From Verrucomicrobiota bacterium (GTDB lineage: Bacteria > Verrucomicrobiota > Verrucomicrobiia > Chthoniobacterales > SZAS-18): a DNA stretch of 64,000 nt. The DNA lies in assembly GCA_025353105.1 (NCBI GenBank), contig JANXRG010000059.1, positions 2,383 through 66,382 of the forward strand. The letters are read 5' to 3'. Within the stretch, counting starts at the first letter, position 1. Each line of letters starts with the position of its first letter. Below the pieces are notes generated by a model. It was given only the letters and a program-made list of their open reading frames with translations. It did no database searches and was not told the origin of the DNA. Below, one piece after another: positions 1 to 11,688 of the stretch. The position numbers were made by a program, and so were the translations under genes.

Positions 1-299
1 GTCGAGTCGCGCCCGATGCGGAATGGGCGTTGGGTTGAATGCTCGACGCCATCGAGGGACACGGTGAATTCGCCGCCGCAGATCGCGGCGAGCGCATCGT
101 GATCGAAGTGCAGCGAGGCCCCGCGGAGCGTCATCTCCACCGCGGCAGAACTTTCCGGGTTTCCGACGAGCACGTTCGCCAGACGCAGGGACAGTGCATC
201 CATCGCGCCACCCGGCGTGATGCCGAGCTGCCGCCGTCCGGGACGGCCTAGATCCTGGATCGTGGACAGCACGCCGGGTTGGCGAATGGTCACTTCCAT
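1..299 (-). CDS. pxpC: 5-oxoprolinase subunit C (biotin-dependent carboxyltransferase-like), 5' part, runs off window start
   Basis: Manual translation from ATG 299: [34 protein letters not shown]...ANVLVGN, the typical N-terminus; overlaps the pxpB stop. Confidence 0.9.
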   Translation of the reverse strand, partial: MEVTIRQPGVLSTIQDLGRPGRRQLGITPGGAMDALSLRLANVLVGNPESSAAVEMTLRGASLHFDHDALAAICGGEFTVSLDGVEHSTQRPFRIGRDS

Positions 300-949
300 T
301 CGTGAAACTCGCGGGGAGTGATGGCGCGAAAACGGACGCGGTCGCCTGGGCGAAGGAGGGTCGGTTCGTTTTCGTTGTCAGGCTGGAAGAGCGAGATCGG
401 CGTGCGGCCGATCAAATTCCATCCGCCCGGGCTGGCGAGCGGATAGATGCCGGTCTGAGCACCGCCAATCCCCACGGCGCCGGCGGGAATCTGCGTGCGA
501 GGCGTGGCGCGCCGCGGCGTGTGCAGGCGCGCGTCGAGCCCCGAGAGATAGGGAAATCCCGGCATGAAACCGATCGCCCCAACAAAATACCGGCCCGTGA
601 CGTGGAGCTGGATCACGCGTTCGGCGTCCAATCCGGAAGTCGACGCGACGTCGGCAAGATCGGGCCCGAACGCAGGATCGTAACAGACGGGAATCTCGAT
701 TTCGCGGTTGGCGCCCGAGGAGGATTTTCTGGGTGCGTTCCGGATTCCGCCCGCCGCCAGACCGGCGATCAGGGCGACTGCGGTGACGCGCAGTGGGTCG
801 AAACAGATTGCCACGGAATCGAACGCGGGCACGCATTCAAGGAAACCATCCGGGTGCGCATCCTCGATCCGACGAGCCAGCTCGCCGGCGGCAGGGGCAT
901 CCTTGACGGGAATGAGAACCGCCGAGTCGCCGAGGGGAATCCAACGCAT
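290..949 (-). CDS. pxpB: 5-oxoprolinase subunit B (KipI family)
   Basis: [40 protein letters not shown] motifs; start may be 949 or 958. Confidence 0.92.
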   Translation of the reverse strand: MRWIPLGDSAVLIPVKDAPAAGELARRIEDAHPDGFLECVPAFDSVAICFDPLRVTAVALIAGLAAGGIRNAPRKSSSGANREIEIPVCYDPAFGPDLADVASTSGLDAERVIQLHVTGRYFVGAIGFMPGFPYLSGLDARLHTPRRATPRTQIPAGAVGIGGAQTGIYPLASPGGWNLIGRTPISLFQPDNENEPTLLRPGDRVRFRAITPREFHEWK

Positions 950-1081
950 GAAGCGCATTGTTCCGCTCGGCAAGCGAACTCGCAAGCGCGCTGAGCGGGC
1001 CGCGCGCTGTCGTCAGCCCAAAAGCGAAGGGGCGTGCCCCGATTTGGAACACGCCCCAGCGCAAAACCTCAAGAGGACTGC

Positions 1082-1627
1082 TTAGGGGAGCAGCACTTTG
1101 TCGATGACGTGGATCACGCCGTTCGACTGCATCACGTCGGCGATTGTCACGGTGGCGACGCCGCCTTTGGAATCGACGATTTCAACCTTGGAGCCGTTGA
1201 GCTTCACGGTCAGCGTTTCGCCCGCGACGGTCTTGACCTTCGTGGTACCGCCATCGGCCTTGATTTGCTTCACGATTTCTTCCGCCGTGAGCGTGCCGGG
1301 CACGACGTGGTAGGTCAGCACTTTGACGAGCGTGGCTTTGTTCTCGGGCTTGAGCAGCGTCTCCACCGTCCCGGCTGGCAGCGCGGCAAAAGCTGCGTTG
1401 GTGGGAGCGAAGACGGTGAACGGACCCTTGCCCTTCAAGGTGTCCACGAGGCCGGCGGCTTTTACGGCGGCGACGAGCGTGGTGTGATCCTTGGAGTTAA
1501 CTGCGTTGTCGACGATGTCCTTCGTCGCGAGCATCGGCGAGCCGCCGACCATGGGGTTATCCTTGGCGAGCAACGGCGAAACCGCGAGCGCGAGGAACAG
1601 GGCACTGAGTTGGAATTTCTTAAACAT
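1082..1627 (-). CDS. Secreted fasciclin (FAS1) domain protein
   Basis: Signal peptide, [30 protein letters not shown]. Confidence 0.95.
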   Translation of the reverse strand: MFKKFQLSALFLALAVSPLLAKDNPMVGGSPMLATKDIVDNAVNSKDHTTLVAAVKAAGLVDTLKGKGPFTVFAPTNAAFAALPAGTVETLLKPENKATLVKVLTYHVVPGTLTAEEIVKQIKADGGTTKVKTVAGETLTVKLNGSKVEIVDSKGGVATVTIADVMQSNGVIHVIDKVLLP

Positions 1628-1731
1628 ACGGTCTTGAATTTCTGTCGATGGGGTTATGTGGTTTGACCAACGCCGGCCGCGCGAGGTCCGATGATTCAGG
1701 AGTCGGCGCGGTTCCGTCGTTGCTTCGTCTT

Positions 1732-1758
1732 TACGCGACGGGCGCCCGGATCGGATGC
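1732..1758 (-). promoter_or_regulatory. Putative ECF-sigma promoter GCATCC-N17-CGTA upstream of the fasciclin gene
   Basis: Minus strand reads GCATCC(1758-1753), 17 nt, CGTA(1735-1732); fasciclin genes are often ECF-controlled. Confidence 0.45.
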
Positions 1759-1858
1759 ATCCGAGTGCGTAAATCTCCATTTCATGACACGGACCAGCTC
1801 GGGCTGACCGAATGCGCAACAAAGCGGGAAAGGTGCTATGATTCCTTGCTCCTCCGCC

Positions 1859-2827
1859 ATGCCTCCGACGTCCGCCACTGCCAAACGCATTTACCTCCAG
1901 GAAGTGGTCACGCGCGACGGATTTCAGAGCCTCGATCGGTTTGTGCCCACCGAAGCGAAGATTCTGCTCATTAACGAGCTTAGTCTCGCCGGCCTCGCGA
2001 AAATTGAGGTCACGTCGTTCGTGTCCGCGCAGGCCATTCCGAACCTGCGCGACGCCGATGAGGTCATGTCCGGCATCATGCGTCAGGCTGGCGTCGAGTA
2101 CAGCGTACTAGTGCCGAACCTGCGTGGGGCCGAGCGCGCGCTGCCCCACCGGCCCGACGAGCTGAACCTGGTCATGTCCGCCAGCGAGACGCACAATCTC
2201 ATGAACCTGCGGATGACGCGCGAACAGTCGTTCCGCCAACTCTCAGAGATCGTCCGTTTCGCTGATTCGTCGCGCGTCGCGATCAACATTTCGCTCTCCA
2301 CGTGTTTTGGTTGTCCGGTGGAGGGTCGCGTCGAGGAGGAGTGGGTGCTGGGATTCATCGCGCGCTTTCGCGATCTCGGGGTGCGTGGGATCACGATGGC
2401 GGACACCACCGGAATGGCGAATCCAGCGCAGGTTGAGCAACTCACGGCCCGTGCGCTCGCGCTCGCGCCAGAGACGGGATTCACGCTGCATTTTCACAAC
2501 ACGCGCGGGATGGGCCTCGCCAATGTGTGCGCTGGGGTGCGCGCGGGCGCGGTCCGCTTCGACGCCTCGCTCGGCGGGCTGGGGGGATGCCCTTACGCTC
2601 CCGGGGCGTCGGGGAATATTTGCACCGAGGACACGGCGCACATGCTCGGGCTGATGGGCTATGAGACCGGCGTTAACCTGAGGGGATTGATCGACGCCTC
2701 GCGCCGGCTGCCGGAGATCACGGGAAGCGCGACGCCGGGCCAGTTGGCCAAGGCGGGTACCATTTTCGATTTGCACCCCGCACCCGCCTGGCTGGCGGAG
2801 GTGCGCGAGCGGGCCGCGGCGCGGTAG
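1859..2827 (+). CDS. hmgL: Hydroxymethylglutaryl-CoA lyase family protein
   Basis: [35 protein letters not shown] motifs; alternative start 1838. Confidence 0.9.
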   Translation: MPPTSATAKRIYLQEVVTRDGFQSLDRFVPTEAKILLINELSLAGLAKIEVTSFVSAQAIPNLRDADEVMSGIMRQAGVEYSVLVPNLRGAERALPHRPDELNLVMSASETHNLMNLRMTREQSFRQLSEIVRFADSSRVAINISLSTCFGCPVEGRVEEEWVLGFIARFRDLGVRGITMADTTGMANPAQVEQLTARALALAPETGFTLHFHNTRGMGLANVCAGVRAGAVRFDASLGGLGGCPYAPGASGNICTEDTAHMLGLMGYETGVNLRGLIDASRRLPEITGSATPGQLAKAGTIFDLHPAPAWLAEVRERAAAR

Positions 2828-2982
2828 TGCGGGGCCGAGGCGCGGCGGCGATAGGTCGGGCAGGGCCCGGTGGGAACGAACGCCCGTCCGCATTGCATGC
2901 AGCCCAACAAAATCTATATACAACGCGGCTCGTCCCAGGATAATCTCCACGCACTCAACTCAATCCAATCGAAAGGGGAGCC

Positions 2983-4797
<1,815 letters not shown>

Positions 4798-4926
4798 AGC
4801 GAACACGGTTCCACCGCTTTCGGGTCGGTTGCCCAAATGGTATCGTGGCCGGTTCGTCTCCGGTCGCGAGCGGCCCACCTTGCAGGTCACACCTGAATGA
4901 GGTTGGTCCGGTGTCCACGACCCGGC

Positions 4927-5343
4927 CTACCGTGGCGAGAGTTCGACAAAGAAGGTCTGGCCAAGCGGGAAGCCGAGGCGCGCATCGCTTTGCACATTCG
5001 CGATGACATCGCCCTCCATGAGGAACGACAGGACCGGCTCGATTAGCTCGCTCGTCCGCTCGGCCTCGAAGCAAAGCTCCTCGAAGAAAGTCTGCAGGCG
5101 GACGGGGAGGAAAAGGTGAAATTCATCCTCGAAAAAATACCAGCGCTTCGTGCGGTATTCGATGCGAACACCCTCGCTGTGCGCCATGGCGGCCTCCGCC
5201 TCGAAATGGATCTCCACCTCCGGACCATGCTGACCGAGCTCGGCGCACACGAGCTGGCCCGTGAAGCGGGCGACGTATTCGCCCGCATGTGGCTGAAACT
5301 TCAAGTCGCGGACGATACCCTCGGAGTAACGGCGGGAAGACAT
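4927..5343 (-). CDS. Hypothetical protein
   Basis: 138-aa ORF with globular, protein-like composition (MSSRRYSEGIVRDLKF...); no family recognised. Confidence 0.55.
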   Translation of the reverse strand: MSSRRYSEGIVRDLKFQPHAGEYVARFTGQLVCAELGQHGPEVEIHFEAEAAMAHSEGVRIEYRTKRWYFFEDEFHLFLPVRLQTFFEELCFEAERTSELIEPVLSFLMEGDVIANVQSDARLGFPLGQTFFVELSPR

Positions 5344-5417
5344 CCCCCCGAAGGTGAATGGCCGGTGCTGCGGTGTCGAGAAATGGAAAATCGCAGTCAT
5401 GGGCCTACCAGATTTCT

Positions 5418-6122
5418 TCACGCTGCCGCCAGGCTCGCGGGGCGAAGACGGGTCCCGCGGACGGGCCGAATCAGGCGCGTCGCGATCCGACCCCGGAGCC
5501 GAGGCGCGTTCTCGACGCACACGCGCAGCGAACCCGGTGCCATCGCGCCCGCCGATTCGCTGACCGGCGGGACCGGGCGCGGCGCGCGGGCGTGGTCCCG
5601 TTCGTAATCGCGGTTGAATCGATCGCACTCCTGGAGGCTGTCGGGTAAATTTGCGAGCAACAGCGCCTTTCCCACCGCGCGCCAGAGAAAGAAGATCGCG
5701 AGCTGCTCCTTCCCGCTCAGCCGGCGCCAGCCGAAGCGGGCGTTCCAGCGAATTGGTTCGCAGATCAACGTCGAGAGCACGAACACCCAGTCGCGATCTG
5801 GAATCGGGTGGCGCGCGCGAATGCCCTTGAGACGCTCAATGGCCGTTTTGCCGCGCTCACTTCGGATGCCGCTTGCCACAATCTCGCTGACGAGCGTTCC
5901 GGTGTGTTCGTAGCGTTCCTGGATTCTGAGCGACGTCATCGCCGCGCGATTCAAGCGGGCCGCGATGCTCGGCACGCAGAACGTACGGAAGAGGGCAAAC
6001 TCGAGCGCTTTCGCCGTGTCAGACGGAAAATCGACGCCGCAGCTCATTTGCACGATGAGCTCGTAGTCGGACTCCGGGTCGAGCGTATCAATTTCTTCGA
6101 GAACGGTCGTGAATGGGCTCAT
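5418..6122 (-). CDS. DUF2236/MpaB oxygenase-like protein, divergent and possibly C-terminally truncated
   Basis: LEFALFRTFCVPSIA, FVLSTLICEPIRWNARFGWRRL motifs; low-complexity tail after YERDH. Confidence 0.7.
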   Translation of the reverse strand: MSPFTTVLEEIDTLDPESDYELIVQMSCGVDFPSDTAKALEFALFRTFCVPSIAARLNRAAMTSLRIQERYEHTGTLVSEIVASGIRSERGKTAIERLKGIRARHPIPDRDWVFVLSTLICEPIRWNARFGWRRLSGKEQLAIFFLWRAVGKALLLANLPDSLQECDRFNRDYERDHARAPRPVPPVSESAGAMAPGSLRVCVENAPRLRGRIATRLIRPVRGTRLRPASLAAA

Positions 6123-6267
6123 AGCGGGTCGCGGAAGCCGAAGGGTTTGCCTGCACCCATTATTCGTCGCGAGCCTCCGCGCGGATGCGTTTCCAGAAGC
6201 CGGGCGGACGCGAAACACCGCACGCCCCGCCTTTGCCGGGCCGAAAATTCTGCTACTGTCGCGCGCC

Positions 6268-6756
6268 ATGGAGCCATCGATTCGCGCCGGCATCATCACC
6301 GTGTCTGACCGGGCCGCCGCCGGTCAATACGAGGATCTCGGCGGACCCGCCTTGCGCCGGGAATGTGAGCGGTATGGGTGGGCCGTGCTCGCCGAGGCGG
6401 TGGTGCCCGACGAGGTACCCCGAATTCAGGAAGCGATTCGCTCGTTCGGGGCGCAGGGCTGTTCGCTCATTTTGACCACGGGCGGGACGGGGATTGCGGC
6501 GCGCGACGTCACGCCGGAAGCCATTCGCGGACTGATGCGCGTGGAGTTGCCCGGATTTGGCGAGGTCATGCGCATGGAATCAATGAAGCTCACCAAGAAT
6601 GCAATCCTATCCCGTGGACTGGCGGCCGTGGTTGAACGCGCCTTGGTGATCGCGCTGCCCGGCAAGCCGCAGGGCGCGGTGGATTGCCTTGGCTTCGTTG
6701 CCGGCGCGCTCGAGCACGGCGTCAAGCTCGCTCAGCACGTGCCGACATCGTGTTGA
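6268..6756 (+). CDS. mogA: Molybdopterin adenylyltransferase (MogA/MoaB family)
   Basis: IITVSDRA..G.YED..GP, TTGGTG...RDVTPEA, LPGFGE.MR, LPGKP. Confidence 0.92.
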   Translation: MEPSIRAGIITVSDRAAAGQYEDLGGPALRRECERYGWAVLAEAVVPDEVPRIQEAIRSFGAQGCSLILTTGGTGIAARDVTPEAIRGLMRVELPGFGEVMRMESMKLTKNAILSRGLAAVVERALVIALPGKPQGAVDCLGFVAGALEHGVKLAQHVPTSC

Positions 6757-6759
6757 GGA

Positions 6760-6837
6760 ATTTCAGATTTCAGACCAGGGGCGCGCGCGGACAACGTGCA
6801 TGACACCCGAGCAAATCTGAAATCTAAGATCTGAAAT
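6760..6837. repeat. Heptad-periodic inverted repeat between convergent genes
   Basis: ATTTCAGATTTCAGA ... AAATCTGAAATCTAAGATCTGAAAT. Confidence 0.7.
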
Positions 6838-6843
6838 GAGGTC

Positions 6844-7560
6844 TCACTTGTCCGCCATGCGACCGATCTCGATGGGCGCGGTCTTAAACGGCGTCGCGGA
6901 ATTGCGCTGATAGCCGACCGCCTGGCCCTCCGCGTTGACCTTGAACCACATCACACCCTTGCCGATGCCACTGGTGCCGCGTGGTCGCGTATCGTCATCA
7001 TGAGTAGTCCCGGTCGAGTCCACCACTTCCACACGATAGACATCCCCGTCCACGCGCTCGGGCTTCGAGTCGACGATCAAGACGTGGCCCGTGTTCTTGC
7101 CCGGAATGATTTCGCGATATCGCCAGGCCAGGATGTCGCCGGACTGGGCTTCGGCGAGCGTCACCACGCGATTCCAGCCCGTGGTCGAGGACTGACCGAC
7201 CGCCGGCTGCTCCCGGAAAAATTCATAGTAATCAACCGCGCGCGGTTTGCGTCGGCTCGCGGCGACCGGGAGCACTTCGAGATGCGCGGGTGAGACCTTG
7301 CGCAGCAGAAAGGCGATGAGTCCCTTGCAATCCGTTTCGTAGACGCCCGCCGCTTCAACCACGCGGGTCCGGTGCCGGTAGGTCGTCGACGTCATCTGTC
7401 CGAGCACGCGCTCCGCCTCGGCGTGGAATTTCTGCGCGACCAGCGACGGGCGATCCGAAGCGGCGGCGGCACGCGGGTCCGAGGCACCCGTCCGATCCGC
7501 GGCCCCGCCGGCTGCGGTCAGGGCGAGCGAGGCCACGAATGCAAGGCGAAGCACGGTCAT
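6844..7560 (-). CDS. Exported protein with NlpC/P60-CHAP-like Cys/His motifs
   Basis: Signal peptide; DCKG, GDILAW, TGHVLIV pattern. Confidence 0.6.
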   Translation of the reverse strand: MTVLRLAFVASLALTAAGGAADRTGASDPRAAAASDRPSLVAQKFHAEAERVLGQMTSTTYRHRTRVVEAAGVYETDCKGLIAFLLRKVSPAHLEVLPVAASRRKPRAVDYYEFFREQPAVGQSSTTGWNRVVTLAEAQSGDILAWRYREIIPGKNTGHVLIVDSKPERVDGDVYRVEVVDSTGTTHDDDTRPRGTSGIGKGVMWFKVNAEGQAVGYQRNSATPFKTAPIEIGRMADK

Positions 7561-7674
7561 GAAGGCGGAGAGTGATTCGCGAGGCGGCAACCGGCCGGAT
7601 GTTCGCAGAGGATGGCCAATCGTCACGTGCCAAATTCAAGCACCCCCCGCCCGCTTCCGCCTGATCCGACCGGC

Positions 7675-8091
7675 TCAGGGCAGGAACAATTCCCGTTCCG
7701 CCGGGCTGGGGAGTCGGCAGGTTTCCTTTTTTCCGAAGAGCGAGTAGCGCAACCGCGCCACCAGGCGATAAAGCGCGTCGCTCACGAATTTCGGCACCAG
7801 GAAAAAGGCTCGCGCGATCGACCATCCCCCGCCGAGCCGGCTGGCGAGAAAAAGCGGACCGCGGCTGTGCGTGAATATTTCCTGCGATCCGTCCGTGCGA
7901 TCGTGCACGACAATGAGCGAGTCGAGCGCCGAAAGCTCGGGGTGCGCCGCAAGTACGCCCTTGAAGGTCTCGCCTTGCAGCGGCGCGTAGAGAAATTGTT
8001 TGTGCTTGTCGCGCCGCACGAGGAAATCGACCCACGCATTGCAGAGATTGCACACGCCGTCAAAGAACAGGATGATTCGCTCGGCGGGCAT
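7675..8091 (-). CDS. DCC1-like thiol-disulfide oxidoreductase (DUF393)
   Basis: FDGVCNLC motif; Y..VAR.RY..FGK...C. Confidence 0.92.
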   Translation of the reverse strand: MPAERIILFFDGVCNLCNAWVDFLVRRDKHKQFLYAPLQGETFKGVLAAHPELSALDSLIVVHDRTDGSQEIFTHSRGPLFLASRLGGGWSIARAFFLVPKFVSDALYRLVARLRYSLFGKKETCRLPSPAERELFLP

Positions 8092-8146
8092 TCCACAGCA
8101 TACCGATGGTGGCTGCCGCATTCATCCGAAATTCAAAATCCGCAAT

Positions 8147-9286
8147 TTATTGCGACCGCGCCGAACCCGGCTCGCCCGACATCGCTGGGGCCGGGCCGGC
8201 CTTCGGCAGTGCCATGATCAGCTCGACCAGCCGACGCCCATAGGGTGAGAGTCTGGCTTGTGAACCCGCGCCGTACACCAGCCGGCGGGTGAGCATCCAG
8301 TAGGCATCTGATGATGGCTTCACGAACGAAAGCGTGGGCGTCGTAACGTTTTGATTCGAGGGCGTGACCCGGAGCGGAACGCCGCTGCGCGTGAACGAGA
8401 TTTCCCATGACGCCGGCTTTGTGGAGGTGACACCGCCGCCGCTCATCCACGGATACATTCGAACGAGGTCGGGCGGCTGATCGGGCGCGGGCGCCAGCAC
8501 CTTGAAGAAGACTTCTTCCGCGGCGAGGAATTCGGGAACCGTGAGCGACGGCTTGCCGCGCTGCGCCAAATAGAATTTCGCGACATCGAATCCAGCGAGA
8601 TTTAATCCGTTGTAATTCCCGTGATAATTCGGCTCGGTTGGGGCACCCGCGACGTACCAATCTTGAAACTTATTGGTCAGCATGACGTTGATCTCGAAGT
8701 GCAGGTGGCTGCGCTCGCGATCAATCCCAGCGCCGGTATGGCCCATGCGCGCAATGCGTTGGCCCGCCGTGACGTCGGCTCCCGGCGAGACCGCAATCTC
8801 GCTCAGGTGCGCGTAGAGGCTGTAATAGGGCGAGCCGCCCCACCGATGCTCGATGACGATGTAACGGCCGTAATTGGAATGCCCCGCCGTCTCGCTGCAA
8901 TGCACGACCCGCCCCGCGGCAATGGACACAACGTCATCCAGAGGTTCGCCGCTCGGGTCGCGGCGCAACGGCTTGATGTCAATGCCCTCGTGGAAATGCA
9001 CGTAGACGAGGCCGTCCGAGGTCTCGACCGGATCCCGCACGAACCCGTATTGGCCGCCTTCCCAGGGGAAGGTGATCTCGCCTTTGAAATCGCGGCGCAC
9101 GTATTGGTAGAAAGCCTCGCCGCCGCCGCGAAAGAGCGCGTCGTTCGCGGTCGGAAGAAGCAGACGCGGCATTTGCGCAATGGCGGGCGTCGACGGAAGC
9201 AAGACCAGAACCGCGCCGCTGGTCAGGACCAGAAGACGCCAGAAACAGACACGCGACGGGCGAGCGGACGATGGGCCGGAGAGCAT
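8147..9286 (-). CDS. M23 family metallopeptidase
   Basis: HEGIDI, YGRYIVIEH, YAHL, HLHFE; N-terminal hydrophobic segment. Confidence 0.9.
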   Translation of the reverse strand: MLSGPSSARPSRVCFWRLLVLTSGAVLVLLPSTPAIAQMPRLLLPTANDALFRGGGEAFYQYVRRDFKGEITFPWEGGQYGFVRDPVETSDGLVYVHFHEGIDIKPLRRDPSGEPLDDVVSIAAGRVVHCSETAGHSNYGRYIVIEHRWGGSPYYSLYAHLSEIAVSPGADVTAGQRIARMGHTGAGIDRERSHLHFEINVMLTNKFQDWYVAGAPTEPNYHGNYNGLNLAGFDVAKFYLAQRGKPSLTVPEFLAAEEVFFKVLAPAPDQPPDLVRMYPWMSGGGVTSTKPASWEISFTRSGVPLRVTPSNQNVTTPTLSFVKPSSDAYWMLTRRLVYGAGSQARLSPYGRRLVELIMALPKAGPAPAMSGEPGSARSQ

Positions 9287-9351
9287 CGGGTTTGTCTAGA
9301 TTACGCAGAGATATTTGCAACTGGGTCCGGGATTGATTACAACTGCGGACC

Positions 9352-9849
9352 ATGCGATTCCGCCTTTTCCCTGTCATCCTCTCGATCGCCGCGCTGGGCG
9401 GGTGCGCCAAAGTGAATGAAATTGACGCCACGGCGCGATCCACCGGTGGATTCTTCAGCTTCGGATCCAGATCCACTGACAAGGCGCTGAAGGTCGTCGT
9501 GACGTACTCGCCGAATCCGGTGCGAATCGGCAAGACCGGGCAGATGGATGTCTCCGTGGCCATCGTCAACAACACGAAGCAGCAGCAGACCTTCGGCACA
9601 CAGACCGCGCAGCGCATCAACGTTCAAGTGACGGAGATAGGATCCGGGCGCGTGGTGGCGCAGATGCAGGAGGGCCGCTCGGAGGATCCGCGGTCGACCT
9701 CGTCGTTGCTCAATCCCGGCGAACAATTGGTCTTCCAGCGAAAGGTCTCGACGCGCGATCTGCGAGCCGGACAGACCTATCAAATCGACGGATATGTCGT
9801 CGGCTACGAGAACAAGCTTCGCGGCGCGGTGCAGTTCGTTCCGCAATAA
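9352..9849 (+). CDS. Lipoprotein, possible BsuPI-like (proteinase inhibitor) beta domain
   Basis: Lipobox ALGGC; N..QQQTF.TQTAQRI and LNPGE pattern. The domain call is tentative. Confidence 0.6.
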   Translation: MRFRLFPVILSIAALGGCAKVNEIDATARSTGGFFSFGSRSTDKALKVVVTYSPNPVRIGKTGQMDVSVAIVNNTKQQQTFGTQTAQRINVQVTEIGSGRVVAQMQEGRSEDPRSTSSLLNPGEQLVFQRKVSTRDLRAGQTYQIDGYVVGYENKLRGAVQFVPQ

Positions 9850-9933
9850 TCTGGCGGGGGGCCGCGTAGTTTGCGTCCGCGCTGCCCGCCTCCGATCCCG
9901 CGGGTTCCTCGCTATTTCAGGCGCCTTCGTCGC

Positions 9934-10719
9934 ATGAAACCGTTCTCCGACTACCATTCCCACCCGCAGGGCCACCGCCTTCAGCCGTACGACGAGGCGC
10001 TGCTTCAGCCGTGGGCCGATTCCGCGCGGGCGAAGGGGCTGACCGACATTGCGCTCACCGATCACGACCGCTATCACGCGGGGGTGGATTTTGACGCGCT
10101 CGACCGCGTGCGCGCGGGGAACCCGGATCTAAAAATTCGTGCCGGGATTGAGCTCGATACGGATCCCGTCAGCGGTGCCGCCGGACGCGCGTGGGTCGAG
10201 AAAAACTGGGAGCATCTGGATTTTGTCCTTGGTTCCGTGCATCACCTGGAGGCGGCGGAGATGTTTGATTCGGCGGGTCAGGAAAGTCAGTTCGCCGGTC
10301 GTCTCATCGACGAAATCTACGCTGACTATTTTTTGCGCGTGCAGCGGCAGGCGGAGTCCGGCGTGGTGGACTGCCTTTCCCATCTTGACCTCATCAAGAT
10401 TCACGGTCACCGGCCGCAGACTGATGTGCTCACGCTCGTTGAATCCCTGTTGCAGTGCATTGGTGCCCGCGGTCTGGCAATCGAGATTTCGACCGCGGGC
10501 TGGCGCAAAACGGTGGGAGAGATTTATCCGGAGAAGAAAATCATCCGACGCGCGCGAGAGCTTGGGATTCCGTTCACCACGGCCTCGGACGCGCATTCGC
10601 ATGTCCAGCTCGGCGAGGATTATGATCGCCTCGGCGCGGTGCTTGAGGAATGCGGGATCAGGGAAGTCGCGGTTTACGAACGTCATCGCCGGACGATGGT
10701 GCCATTGTCTCGCGCCTGA
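9934..10719 (+). CDS. PHP-family histidinol phosphatase (HisJ type)
   Basis: DYHSH, LTDH, GIELD, GSVH, SHLDLIK, SDAH. Confidence 0.85.
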   Translation: MKPFSDYHSHPQGHRLQPYDEALLQPWADSARAKGLTDIALTDHDRYHAGVDFDALDRVRAGNPDLKIRAGIELDTDPVSGAAGRAWVEKNWEHLDFVLGSVHHLEAAEMFDSAGQESQFAGRLIDEIYADYFLRVQRQAESGVVDCLSHLDLIKIHGHRPQTDVLTLVESLLQCIGARGLAIEISTAGWRKTVGEIYPEKKIIRRARELGIPFTTASDAHSHVQLGEDYDRLGAVLEECGIREVAVYERHRRTMVPLSRA

Positions 10720-10779
10720 CGGCGGGGGCAGGCAATCTTGCCGGTCCGAACGTTTTCGGCTTTGTTCGAGCTCCTTTCC

Positions 10780-11688
10780 ATGGCTTCCCCCAATGTCGTT
10801 TCCGGATTGCGGGCATCCCTGCTTGGCGTGGCGGTGAACGCCGCGCTGGCGATCATTAAGATTGCCACCGGCGTGGCGGGCAGTTCGTACGCGCTGATTG
10901 CGGATGGCATCGAGTCATCCGCGGATATCCTGAGCTCGGCGATCGTTTGGAGCGGCCTGCGCATTGCGGGCGAGCCGCCCGACCGCACGCATCCATACGG
11001 TCACGGCAAAGCGGAGTCGCTCGCCGGCGTGGCGGTGGCCCTGGCCCTGCTCGGCGCGGCGGCCCTGATCGCGGTGCAGGCCGTCCATCACATCATCACG
11101 CCGCACACCGCGCCCAAGTGGTTCACGCTGCCGGTGCTGTTCGTCGTCATTGTGACCAAAGAGATTCTTTCCCGTCGCGTTCGGAGAATTGCTTGCGACT
11201 TGGGCAGTAACGCGCTCCTGGGCGACGCGGGCCATCATCGGGCGGACGCGCTCACGTCGATCGCGGCCTTCATCGGCATCAGCATCGCGTTGGTCGGTGG
11301 CAACGGATATGAAAGTGCCGACGATTGGGCGGCACTCTTCGCCTGCGCGGTGATCGCCTACAACGGGATTCATCTCCTGGGGGTCGCCCTGCACGACGTC
11401 ATGGATGGCGCCGTAGCGGGCGAGACGCAGCAGCGGATCCGGAGTATCGCGGCGGCTGTGGAAGGCGTGAACGGCGTGGAGAAATGCCGCGTCCGGCGCA
11501 GCGGACTCGGCTTGATGATGGACATCCACGTTGAGGTCGATGGCGCGATGACGGTGACCGAGAGCCACCGCATCGCTCATCTGGTGCGGGACACGCTCAC
11601 GGCGTCCGGCTTGGGCATCCTTGACGTCGTCGTGCACATCGAGCCCGCCCAGAGCGTGCCGTCCGATTACCCGCCGACCATTTCATGA
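10780..11688 (+). CDS. Cation diffusion facilitator transporter
   Basis: S.ALIADG.ES..D, HPYGHGKAE, H.RAD, VVHIEP. Confidence 0.93.
   Translation: MASPNVVSGLRASLLGVAVNAALAIIKIATGVAGSSYALIADGIESSADILSSAIVWSGLRIAGEPPDRTHPYGHGKAESLAGVAVALALLGAAALIAVQAVHHIITPHTAPKWFTLPVLFVVIVTKEILSRRVRRIACDLGSNALLGDAGHHRADALTSIAAFIGISIALVGGNGYESADDWAALFACAVIAYNGIHLLGVALHDVMDGAVAGETQQRIRSIAAAVEGVNGVEKCRVRRSGLGLMMDIHVEVDGAMTVTESHRIAHLVRDTLTASGLGILDVVVHIEPAQSVPSDYPPTIS

Noticed and set aside
2828..2982. Lactate/glycolate permease as a member of the IclR regulon
   Set aside because: No TTTCC-N7-GGAAA box is visible upstream.
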